The translations under genes were made by a program, and so were the position numbers. This document shows positions 41,209 through 49,474 of a stretch of 64,000 bases of DNA, piece after piece. The stretch spans positions 563 to 64,562 of the forward strand of contig CAZLCO010000006.1 in the NCBI GenBank assembly GCA_964558005.1, read 5' to 3'. The notes beneath the pieces were generated by a model. That model was given only the letters and a program-made list of their open reading frames with translations, was not told the origin of the DNA and did not search any database. The stretch comes from an uncultured Gammaproteobacteria bacterium. Lineage in GTDB: Bacteria; Cyanobacteriota; Vampirovibrionia; Gastranaerophilales; UBA9971. The number at the start of each line of letters is the position of its first letter. Position 1 is the first letter of the stretch.

Positions 41209-42281
41209 AGATAGTAACAATAATCGGGGCAAGGCCACAGTTTGTAAAAGCTGCTGTTGTCAGCAGGGAGTTTGCGAAACATAGCCGGATCAAGGAAGTT
41301 TTAGTGCACACAGGCCAGCATTTTGACAAAATAATGAGCGAATCATTTTTTGAAGAAATGGATATCCCAAAACCTGATTATAATTTAAATATTCACTCCC
41401 TGCCGCATGGTGCTATGACGGGTAGGATGATTGAAGAGATTGAAAAATTACTGCTTAATGAAAATCCTGATTATGTGCTGGTATATGGCGACACAAATTC
41501 AACGCTGGCAGGGGCTGTTGCCGCTAAAAAGCTCGGAATAGAAATCATACATGTTGAAGCGGGAGTGAGGAACTTTGACAACACAATGCCCGAAGAAATT
41601 AACCGTATACTGACGGACAGGATTTCCGATATTTTATTTTGCGTAACTGATAAGGCTGTAAATAATTTAAAAGCGGAAGGGCTGGATAAGTTTGGCGCTG
41701 AGATAATTAACTGCGGCGACATAATGTATGATGCGGCTTTGTTTTACAGCTCAATTGCATCAGAGAAATCAGATATTATAGAAAGACTTAATCTTTCAAG
41801 TGAAAAATACGTTTATGTAACCGTGCACAGGGCAAGTAATACCGATAACCCTGAAAAGCTAAGGAATATAATTGAATTTTTAAACACTATAAATAAGGAT
41901 ATTAAGGTTATTTTCCCTATCCACCCCAGGACAAGAAAAAAAGTTGAAGAACTAAACCTTACAATGGCGTTTCAGGATTTAGGGCCTGTTGGTTATTTTG
42001 ACAGCCTTGAACTGGTAAAAAATTGTCAAATGGCGGCGACAGACAGCGGCGGGGTTGTTAGGGAAGCTTATTATTTTGAAAAAAACAGTCTTTTTCTTCT
42101 GGAAAATTCTGTCTGGCCGGAACTTATTGAAAATGGTTTTTGTGTAAATACAAAGATGTGTCCAGATAAATTGTTGAACAATTTTAAGAAAGCCTGTAAT
42201 TTAAGACCGGATTTTTCTTTTAAAATCCTTGGGAACGGCAACGCTGTAAAAAAAATAATCAATTATTTTTTAAAAAGGTAA
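41205..42281 (+). CDS. wbpI: Non-hydrolysing UDP-sugar 2-epimerase, probable UDP-GlcNAc3NAcA 2-epimerase
   Basis: 358 aa with IIGARPQFVKAA, HVEAGVRN and DSGGV motifs. ATGA overlap with wbpE. Confidence 0.78.
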   Translation: MKIVTIIGARPQFVKAAVVSREFAKHSRIKEVLVHTGQHFDKIMSESFFEEMDIPKPDYNLNIHSLPHGAMTGRMIEEIEKLLLNENPDYVLVYGDTNSTLAGAVAAKKLGIEIIHVEAGVRNFDNTMPEEINRILTDRISDILFCVTDKAVNNLKAEGLDKFGAEIINCGDIMYDAALFYSSIASEKSDIIERLNLSSEKYVYVTVHRASNTDNPEKLRNIIEFLNTINKDIKVIFPIHPRTRKKVEELNLTMAFQDLGPVGYFDSLELVKNCQMAATDSGGVVREAYYFEKNSLFLLENSVWPELIENGFCVNTKMCPDKLLNNFKKACNLRPDFSFKILGNGNAVKKIINYFLKR

Positions 42282-42287
42282 TTAATA

Positions 42288-43511
42288 ATGGGAAATAATA
42301 AAAAAGTCCTGATAATAACCTATTATTTCCCCCCGATTAATGCTATCGCATCCAGGCGACCATATGGTCTGGCCAAATATTTAAAACAATACGGCTGGGA
42401 GCCTGTTATCCTGACAGTAAAAATGCAGAGGGAAAATCATAATGAATTTAACATAATTGAAGTTGATTATCCCGGGAACGTCCTCGACTTGTTTAATTTT
42501 GCTTTTAATACCAGCATTTCCCCTGAAAATTTTTGGTGGCAGCTTATTGAGTATCCCCACAGATATAAAAACCTGACCAAAAGAATGGTTAAAAAAGCTG
42601 ATGAATATCTTAAAAACAATAAGGTAGAGGCTATATTGACCAGCTCAGGACCGGAGGTAGTACATATAGCAGGCAAAAAAATAAAAGAAAAACACGACAT
42701 TCCCTGGCATGCGGATATGCGGGACTTATGGACACAGAACTACTATTATAAACAAAATTGCCTGAGGAAACTTTTTGACACAAATCTTGAAAAAAATTTA
42801 TTACCAAAAGCCAATGCAGTAACAACAGTTTCTGATCCCCTGGCAGGCATACAAAGCAATTTTCTGGACGGGAAAACAATTGATGTAATACATAACGGTT
42901 TTGACCCTGCTGAAGTTTTTGTAGAAGAACAAAAACAATATGATAAGTTAACTTTTATACATACCGGGCTGATTTACGAAAATTATCAGACCCCCGAACA
43001 TTTATTTAAGGCTGTTTCGGAATTAATTCAAACAAAACTGATAGACGAAAATAAAATCTCAATAAACTTTTTTGGAGCTATAAACCAGAATATTGTTAAA
43101 CTTGCACAAACATACGGACTGGAAAATTTATTTGCCTTTTCCGGAAAAATTCCAAGGCAAGAGGTTTTAATTGAACAAAAAAAATCACATATTCTTTTAT
43201 ATTTTCAATGGGAAAATTCTGAACATAAAGGTATCTACAGCGGTAAAATATTTGAATACCTTGCAGCAAAAAGGCCCATTCTTGTCACCGGCGGAAAAAA
43301 AGATGTTGTTGGTGAATTACTGGATAACACCTGCGCAGGTGTTCACGCTTTAACAAATGAAGAAATTAAGCAAACAATACTTAAATACTATAATGAATTT
43401 ATACACACCGGAAAAGTATCTTATAACGCTGTAGAAGAAGAAGTTAATAAATATAGTTATCCGGCGATGGCAGGCAAGTTTGCGGATATTTTGGACAGGA
43501 TTACAAGATAA
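42288..43511 (+). CDS. GT-B fold glycosyltransferase (GT4-like)
   Basis: 407 aa with the C-terminal nucleotide-sugar region GIYSGKIFEYLAAKRPILV. Confidence 0.75.
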   Translation: MGNNKKVLIITYYFPPINAIASRRPYGLAKYLKQYGWEPVILTVKMQRENHNEFNIIEVDYPGNVLDLFNFAFNTSISPENFWWQLIEYPHRYKNLTKRMVKKADEYLKNNKVEAILTSSGPEVVHIAGKKIKEKHDIPWHADMRDLWTQNYYYKQNCLRKLFDTNLEKNLLPKANAVTTVSDPLAGIQSNFLDGKTIDVIHNGFDPAEVFVEEQKQYDKLTFIHTGLIYENYQTPEHLFKAVSELIQTKLIDENKISINFFGAINQNIVKLAQTYGLENLFAFSGKIPRQEVLIEQKKSHILLYFQWENSEHKGIYSGKIFEYLAAKRPILVTGGKKDVVGELLDNTCAGVHALTNEEIKQTILKYYNEFIHTGKVSYNAVEEEVNKYSYPAMAGKFADILDRITR

Positions 43512-43527
43512 AGAGAGTTGAATATTT

Positions 43528-43935
43528 ATGTACCTATCATATGAAGAAATAAAGGATTTCCTCTATACAAGAAAGTTTGATAATTCAATCGCAAATTTAA
43601 AGAAAAAGTATTGCGGTAAAAAAATTTTACTATACGGAGCTGGCCTATTTTCCAGGGTAATTCTCGACAGCTACAGCCTTGAGGATTTAAATATAATTGC
43701 GATATCTGATCTGAAATTTAAAGAAGAAGGGGAATTTTATAATTTTAAATCAATTCCCCCTCAAAAAATAAAGGATTTGTCCCCGGATCTTATATTAATC
43801 AGTACGTATAAAGATTCAGAGATTAAAAGCTCTCTTAATAAAAACTACCCGGAACTGCGAAAAATAAATAAAATAGGCATTATACAAAGGACTCTTAATG
43901 ATAAAATCCACGCACTAAAAGAACTATTTACTTGA
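43528..43935 (+). CDS. Free-standing YGAG Rossmann-like mini-domain protein (copy A)
   Basis: 135 aa: GKKILLYGAGLFSRVILDSYSLEDLNIIAISDLKF...FKSIPPQKIKDLSPDLILISTY. One of six paralogous copies in the locus. Confidence 0.7.
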   Translation: MYLSYEEIKDFLYTRKFDNSIANLKKKYCGKKILLYGAGLFSRVILDSYSLEDLNIIAISDLKFKEEGEFYNFKSIPPQKIKDLSPDLILISTYKDSEIKSSLNKNYPELRKINKIGIIQRTLNDKIHALKELFT

Positions 43936-44046
43936 TTGTTAAATTTTTCACTTTTTTAAAGGATAAAATTAAACTTATATATGCTTATAATTAAAGAACC
44001 TTTCCGTGGGAGAATATTATATATAATTGTGTAATCGGCAAAAAAC

Positions 44047-45960
44047 ATGTGTGGAATAGCTGGAATAATAAACTTATCAGGCAATGAAATTAATAATATT
44101 TCAGTATGCCTGACTGCCCTGGATAAATTAATAGCCCATAGGGGACCAGATGATAACGGTACATGGGTTAAAAATGATAGAAGCTTTGGTCTCGTACACA
44201 GGAGATTAAGCATAATAGACCTCTCTGGGCAGGCAAAACAGCCCATGAATGCTGATAATGGTACGGTTATTTCATATAACGGCGAAATATATAATTATAA
44301 GGAAATAAAAAGCAAGGTTGGCAGTAAATGGGAATTTAAAACTCATTCTGATACCGAATGTATTTTAGCGGCTTACGATGTTTACGGCGATGATTTTTTA
44401 AAACATTTGCGGGGGATGTTTGCTTTTGCCCTGTGGGACAAAAAACTAAACAGGCTAATTTGCGCACGTGACAGGTTCGGGATAAAGCCTTTTTATTATA
44501 CAATTGTTGATAATTTATTTATATTTGCTTCTGAGGCAAAGGCATTATTGCCTTTTTTGCCTGAAATAGCGACAGATATGGAAGCTTTTTCTGAATATCT
44601 GGTCTTTAACTCCATAATAGGTGAAAAAACCTTATTTAAGGGTATAAAACAATTACTACCCGGACATTGCCTGATTGTAGAAAACGGCAAAATTAATATT
44701 TCCAGATACTGGGACATAAATTTCAAAATAGATTTTGACCATAGTTACATATATTTTGAAAAAAGGCTTAAGGAAATGCTGGATGAATCGCTGGACCTTC
44801 ATCTTGTGAGCGATGTTCCCGTAGGCAGCTACCTTTCAGGCGGTATTGATTCAAGCCTTATAACTATGCTGGCATCAAAATATAATGGCGCTGGAATAGA
44901 TTCATTCCACGGTAAATTTATTGATTATCCCGGTTATGATGAAAGCGCTTACGCTAAAGAAGTTTCAAAAGCAACTGATGGAAGGTTTAATGAAATTGAA
45001 ATAAAATCGGAGGACTTTAAAAACCACATACAGAATGTGATATACCACCTTGATTTTCCTGTTGCCGGTCCTGGCTCGTTTCCTCAATATATGACATCCA
45101 AACTTGCTTCAGAAAAGGTTAAAGTTGTGCTCGGCGGTCAGGGGGGTGATGAAATATTTGGCGGCTATTCAAGGTATCTGCTGGCTTATTTTGAGCAATG
45201 CATTAAAGCCGCAATAGAAGGCACTTATAAAAACGGTAATTTTGTTGTAACAATAGAATCAATCATCCCAAACCTTGGTGTGTTCAGGGAATATAAGCCA
45301 TTGATTAAGTCATTCTGGAAAGAAGGACTCTTCGAAGACATTGATGAGCGTTATTTCAGGCTAATAGACCGCTCAGGAGACATGCAGGAAGAAATTTCCC
45401 CTGGACTTTTAGATAAAGAAGTAATAATTCAAAAATTCAAACAGATTTTTAATAACAAGAATAATGTAGAAAAATACGCATATTTTGACAAAATGACTCA
45501 TTTTGACTTTAAATGTCTTTTGCCTGCACTTTTACACGTAGAAGACAGGATGAGTATGGCTCATGGACTTGAATCCAGAGTCCCGTTCCTTGACCACCCG
45601 CTTACAGAGTTTCTTGCAACCATACCGGCTGATATAAAATTCAAGGATGGCCGTCTCAAGCATTTAATTCTGAATACTTATAAAAATATTCTTCCCCAAA
45701 AAATTCTACAAAGAAGGGATAAAATGGGCTTTCCTGTGCCCTTAAAAGAATGGTACAAAAATGAATTAAAGGACTTTATTAATGATATATTCATGAGCCA
45801 AAGCGCAAAATCTCGTAATTTACTTAATAATGAACAATTTTTGCTAAACCTGGAGAAAACCGGGAAATTTTCAAGAAAATTCTGGGTAATGCTCAGCCTT
45901 GAATTATGGCAGCAAATTTTTCACGACAAAGCCCGATACTACCGGGACATGATAAAATAA
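44047..45960 (+). CDS. Asparagine synthase (glutamine-hydrolysing)-like amidotransferase 1
   Basis: 637 aa with the N-terminal nucleophile MCGIAGI and PP-loop SGGIDSS. Confidence 0.85.
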   Translation: MCGIAGIINLSGNEINNISVCLTALDKLIAHRGPDDNGTWVKNDRSFGLVHRRLSIIDLSGQAKQPMNADNGTVISYNGEIYNYKEIKSKVGSKWEFKTHSDTECILAAYDVYGDDFLKHLRGMFAFALWDKKLNRLICARDRFGIKPFYYTIVDNLFIFASEAKALLPFLPEIATDMEAFSEYLVFNSIIGEKTLFKGIKQLLPGHCLIVENGKINISRYWDINFKIDFDHSYIYFEKRLKEMLDESLDLHLVSDVPVGSYLSGGIDSSLITMLASKYNGAGIDSFHGKFIDYPGYDESAYAKEVSKATDGRFNEIEIKSEDFKNHIQNVIYHLDFPVAGPGSFPQYMTSKLASEKVKVVLGGQGGDEIFGGYSRYLLAYFEQCIKAAIEGTYKNGNFVVTIESIIPNLGVFREYKPLIKSFWKEGLFEDIDERYFRLIDRSGDMQEEISPGLLDKEVIIQKFKQIFNNKNNVEKYAYFDKMTHFDFKCLLPALLHVEDRMSMAHGLESRVPFLDHPLTEFLATIPADIKFKDGRLKHLILNTYKNILPQKILQRRDKMGFPVPLKEWYKNELKDFINDIFMSQSAKSRNLLNNEQFLLNLEKTGKFSRKFWVMLSLELWQQIFHDKARYYRDMIK

Positions 45961-45987
45961 CAACTATAAGTATGGAGGAAAACATAT

Positions 45988-46920
45988 ATGAAAATATTTA
46001 TTACAGGAGGTGCGGGTTTTATAGGGTCACATCTTGCTGACCGCTTAATTGCCAGGGGCGATGAGGTTTTAGTAATTGATAACTATGAAACCGGCCGCAG
46101 AGATAATTTAACACCAACCCCAAATTTATCTGTTATAGAAGGAAGTATAGTTGATAAAGATTTAGTATTTAAACTTATGGACGAATTTAAGCCTGATGTA
46201 GTTGTACACGCCGCCGCATCATATAAAGACCCGGAAAACTATATAAGCGACGCCGCTGTTAACGCATTAGGCACCGCTATAGTAATTCAGGCAATGAAAA
46301 ATTCCGGATGCAACCGCTTAATCTATTTCCAAACAGCTTTATGCTATGGCCTGAAGCCCATACAGCAGCCTATTCAGCTTGACCACCCCATAATTCCTAA
46401 AGATTCAAGTTATGCAATAAGCAAAACTGCGGGAGAAATGTATGTAGAGCTTTCCGGCCTGGACTATGTTACTTTCAGGCTGGCCAACGCATACGGGCCT
46501 CGCAACCTGAGCGGGCCGCTGCCTACTTTTTACCACCGCTTAACAAATAACAAGCCGTGTTTTGTAATGGACACACGCCGTGATTTTATTTATATAAATG
46601 ACCTGGTAGATTGCGTTGAAAAAGCCGTTGACGGCATAGGCAAAGGTACCTATCACATATCTTCAGGTTCCGATTATTCTATTAAGGAACTGTTTGACGC
46701 GACAATAGACGCTCTGGGCATTCAGCTGGACAGCCCTGTTGAGGTGCGCGAACGTAATCCTGACGATGCCTTTACAATTCTACTTGACCCGTCAAGGACG
46801 AACCAGGACTTTAACTGGCAGGTTACAACACCGCTTAATGAGGGGGTTCAAAAGGCCGTTGAGTATTATAAAAATTACGGTATAAGCCAGACATATACAC
46901 ATTTAACCGGACTAAAATAA
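45988..46920 (+). CDS. NAD-dependent nucleotide-sugar epimerase/dehydratase (extended SDR)
   Basis: 310 aa with GGAGFIGSH and YAISK (YxxxK). Confidence 0.8.
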   Translation: MKIFITGGAGFIGSHLADRLIARGDEVLVIDNYETGRRDNLTPTPNLSVIEGSIVDKDLVFKLMDEFKPDVVVHAAASYKDPENYISDAAVNALGTAIVIQAMKNSGCNRLIYFQTALCYGLKPIQQPIQLDHPIIPKDSSYAISKTAGEMYVELSGLDYVTFRLANAYGPRNLSGPLPTFYHRLTNNKPCFVMDTRRDFIYINDLVDCVEKAVDGIGKGTYHISSGSDYSIKELFDATIDALGIQLDSPVEVRERNPDDAFTILLDPSRTNQDFNWQVTTPLNEGVQKAVEYYKNYGISQTYTHLTGLK

Positions 46921-47934
46921 ATGAAAATAGCTATAGTTGGAGGTGCCGGGTTTGTCGGTTCAAACCTCGCAAAAAAGTTATTAGAATACGACTTAATAAT
47001 TATTGATAACCTGCTTTCTGCGGATATCAGAAATTTACCTGAAAGCAATAAAATTAATTTTATTTTAGGTTCAATAACAGACGACAGAGTCTTAAGACAA
47101 ATCCCGGCGGATGTTGAAATTATATTCCATCTCGCAACATACCACGGCAACCAGTCCAGTATGCAAGACCCGCTTGCAGACCACGAAAATAACACTTACA
47201 CAACACTAAAACTTCTTGAAACAATTAAGGACTTTAAAAATCTTAAAGCACTTGTATATTCATCAGCGGGCTGCACCGTAGCGCAAAAGACCTTTGACGA
47301 GGCAAAGCCCACCACTGAAGAAGACCCGGTATCACTGCACCTTGACAGTCCTTACCAGATTTCAAAAATCATCGGCGAATTTTACGGTAATTATTACTGG
47401 AAACAGCATAATGTACCGTTTATAAAGGCTCGCTTCCAGAATGTATATGGACCGGGAGAAATACTCGGGGCCGGGCAATGGCGTGGGACTATAAATACTA
47501 TATGGAGAAACGTTGCCCCGACTTTTGTCTGGAAAGCCCTGCATAATGAGCCTGTGCCTGTTGAAAACGGCGGTATAGCCACACGGGACTTTATTTATGT
47601 CGATGATATAGTGGACGGCCTCATTGCCTGCGCCTTCAAAGGCAAGCCAGGAGAAGTTTATAACCTTTCTTCAGGAGTGGAGACCTCTATTAAGGAACTT
47701 GCTGAAACCATAAACGAATTAACTCAAAACCCTTCATCAATTGACCTGAAACCCGCAAGGACATGGGACAGGTCAGGCAAGCGTTATGGAGACACAGGCA
47801 AGGCCGAGCGGGAACTTGGTTTTAAGGCGGAAACAGGATTGCGTGAGGGGCTGCAAAAAACCATAGACTGGACAATAGCTAATAAAGCCCTTATACAGAG
47901 TTGTATAGACCAGCATAAGGTCTTCTTGAGATAA
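46921..47934 (+). CDS. NAD-dependent nucleotide-sugar epimerase/dehydratase (extended SDR)
   Basis: 337 aa with GGAGFVGSN and YQISK (YxxxK). Start directly abuts the previous stop. Confidence 0.8.
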   Translation: MKIAIVGGAGFVGSNLAKKLLEYDLIIIDNLLSADIRNLPESNKINFILGSITDDRVLRQIPADVEIIFHLATYHGNQSSMQDPLADHENNTYTTLKLLETIKDFKNLKALVYSSAGCTVAQKTFDEAKPTTEEDPVSLHLDSPYQISKIIGEFYGNYYWKQHNVPFIKARFQNVYGPGEILGAGQWRGTINTIWRNVAPTFVWKALHNEPVPVENGGIATRDFIYVDDIVDGLIACAFKGKPGEVYNLSSGVETSIKELAETINELTQNPSSIDLKPARTWDRSGKRYGDTGKAERELGFKAETGLREGLQKTIDWTIANKALIQSCIDQHKVFLR

Positions 47935-48039
47935 ATTTATTATCTGGCGGAATATTTGATAAAGCATAATTTATTTGAGTTGCTAATTAACTTTTTTAAA
48001 ATTTTTTAAAATCCCCGCCCACAACCGTCCTGAGGGAAG

Positions 48040-48060
48040 GTTAAAGGCTTCGCCTTTAAC
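48040..48060. other. Perfect 9-bp hairpin between convergent operons
   Basis: GTTAAAGGC-TTC-GCCTTTAAC in the 187-bp spacer between the ends of the plus-strand and minus-strand glycan operons. No flanking T-run. Confidence 0.5.
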
Positions 48061-48121
48061 AAATCCATATAGATTTTGAAAAATTTTATGAAACTATAAT
48101 TGCTTTTAATATACAGGCAAC

Positions 48122-48883
48122 TCAGGTTAATTTATTATAATAGTCACTTTTTTCATAAACATTCAAATCTTGAATTGTATCAACTTCCAACCAGCCGCTT
48201 TCAATATAAACAGGCTTTACAGGCATTAAATTATCTATGATTAACTGGATAAAGCTAGTCATGTACATATTTTCAAAGCTATTTTGATCATAATGAACCT
48301 TTTTATCCAGATTTTTGTAGAAGTTAACTATCTGAGGCAAGATATTTTTAGAAATTTTTATCAATCCTATATATTGTGCCTCTATTTCATTAAGAGATTG
48401 AGGTTTTTTCCCAAGTTCGATTATATTGCCATTTTTGATTTTCATCGTTTCAGCATCATGCAGCGGATTTTCCTGCCTTAGTTCCCATAGTTTTTGCCAG
48501 GCCTTATCAACAACAACAGAAAAATTTTCTTTTGAATTAATGAGACATTCAAGCGCTTGTTTTTTATAAATAATATCAGAATAAGAAATTATTATATCGT
48601 CATCAAACTGGTCTTCAGCGCAAAAAAGAGTTGAAACCATATTAGTTAAATTATAGTTTTTGTTTTCTATAAAATTAAATCCATATTTAGCAAGATAAGA
48701 CTTAAGGACATCAGATTTATAACCGCCTATAATAGTTATATTTTCTATGTTGCAGGATTTAAATGTTTCTAGAATATAGTCAATCAGAGGCTTATTATGC
48801 AATTTAACCATGCATTTTGGTATTTCATTTGTATAAGGTCTAAGCCTTTGGCCCTGTCCTGCAGCTAGAATTATTGCTTTCAT
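48122..48883 (-). CDS. Nucleotidyltransferase, candidate CTP:phosphoglutamine cytidylyltransferase (Cj1416-like)
   Basis: 253 aa with the N-terminal MKAIILAAGQGQRLRPYT..PK signature of sugar-phosphate/LicC-type nucleotidyltransferases. Last gene of the kinase-hydrolase-transferase triad. Confidence 0.65.
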   Translation of the reverse strand: MKAIILAAGQGQRLRPYTNEIPKCMVKLHNKPLIDYILETFKSCNIENITIIGGYKSDVLKSYLAKYGFNFIENKNYNLTNMVSTLFCAEDQFDDDIIISYSDIIYKKQALECLINSKENFSVVVDKAWQKLWELRQENPLHDAETMKIKNGNIIELGKKPQSLNEIEAQYIGLIKISKNILPQIVNFYKNLDKKVHYDQNSFENMYMTSFIQLIIDNLMPVKPVYIESGWLEVDTIQDLNVYEKSDYYNKLT

Positions 48884-49474
48884 TTAATTTAAAAATCCTT
48901 CAATTACATTTAATTCTTCTTTGATGAAAGGAGTTTCTCTTTCAGGATGCCACATTTGGGCAAAAATTTTATATTTTTTATGTTTTATTGCTTCGATATT
49001 TCCATCCTCACTCTTTGCCACTATATCGAATTCTCCTGATAAATTATTAATTGAATAATCGTGGTAAGAGTTTACGCGTTTTAAACTTTTAAAGTTTCCT
49101 ATAATAGGATGATATTGTGCAGTATGATTTTTAACCTCTTTAAAATCACTTCCAAAATATTCAGCCAAAATCTGCATTCCGCGGCAAACACCAAAAACAG
49201 GAATCGAATTCGTTATACAATATTCTATAAGCTTTTTTTCAAAAAAATCTCTTTTTTCTGCATACGGGCATTTTTTTATACTGTTTAAAGTATTTCCGCC
49301 GGATAAAACAACGCCGCTAAAATTCAGGTTTTTAAAATTAATTTCACAGGATAAAATTACAGGAATAAAATTAAGCTCTTTAAATAACCTTATCCAGTTT
49401 ATATCCAGGCATTCTCTCTCTTCAGAATAATCTTGAAATTTATATATCCTTTGGGTAATAGCTATTTTTTTCAT
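48884..49474 (-). CDS. Class I glutamine amidotransferase-fold hydrolase, candidate gamma-glutamyl-CDP-amidate hydrolase (Cj1417-like)
   Basis: 196 aa with nucleophile elbow GVCRGMQ and C-terminal WHPE. Abuts the downstream gene and overlaps the upstream gene by 4 nt. Confidence 0.65.
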   Translation of the reverse strand: MKKIAITQRIYKFQDYSEERECLDINWIRLFKELNFIPVILSCEINFKNLNFSGVVLSGGNTLNSIKKCPYAEKRDFFEKKLIEYCITNSIPVFGVCRGMQILAEYFGSDFKEVKNHTAQYHPIIGNFKSLKRVNSYHDYSINNLSGEFDIVAKSEDGNIEAIKHKKYKIFAQMWHPERETPFIKEELNVIEGFLN

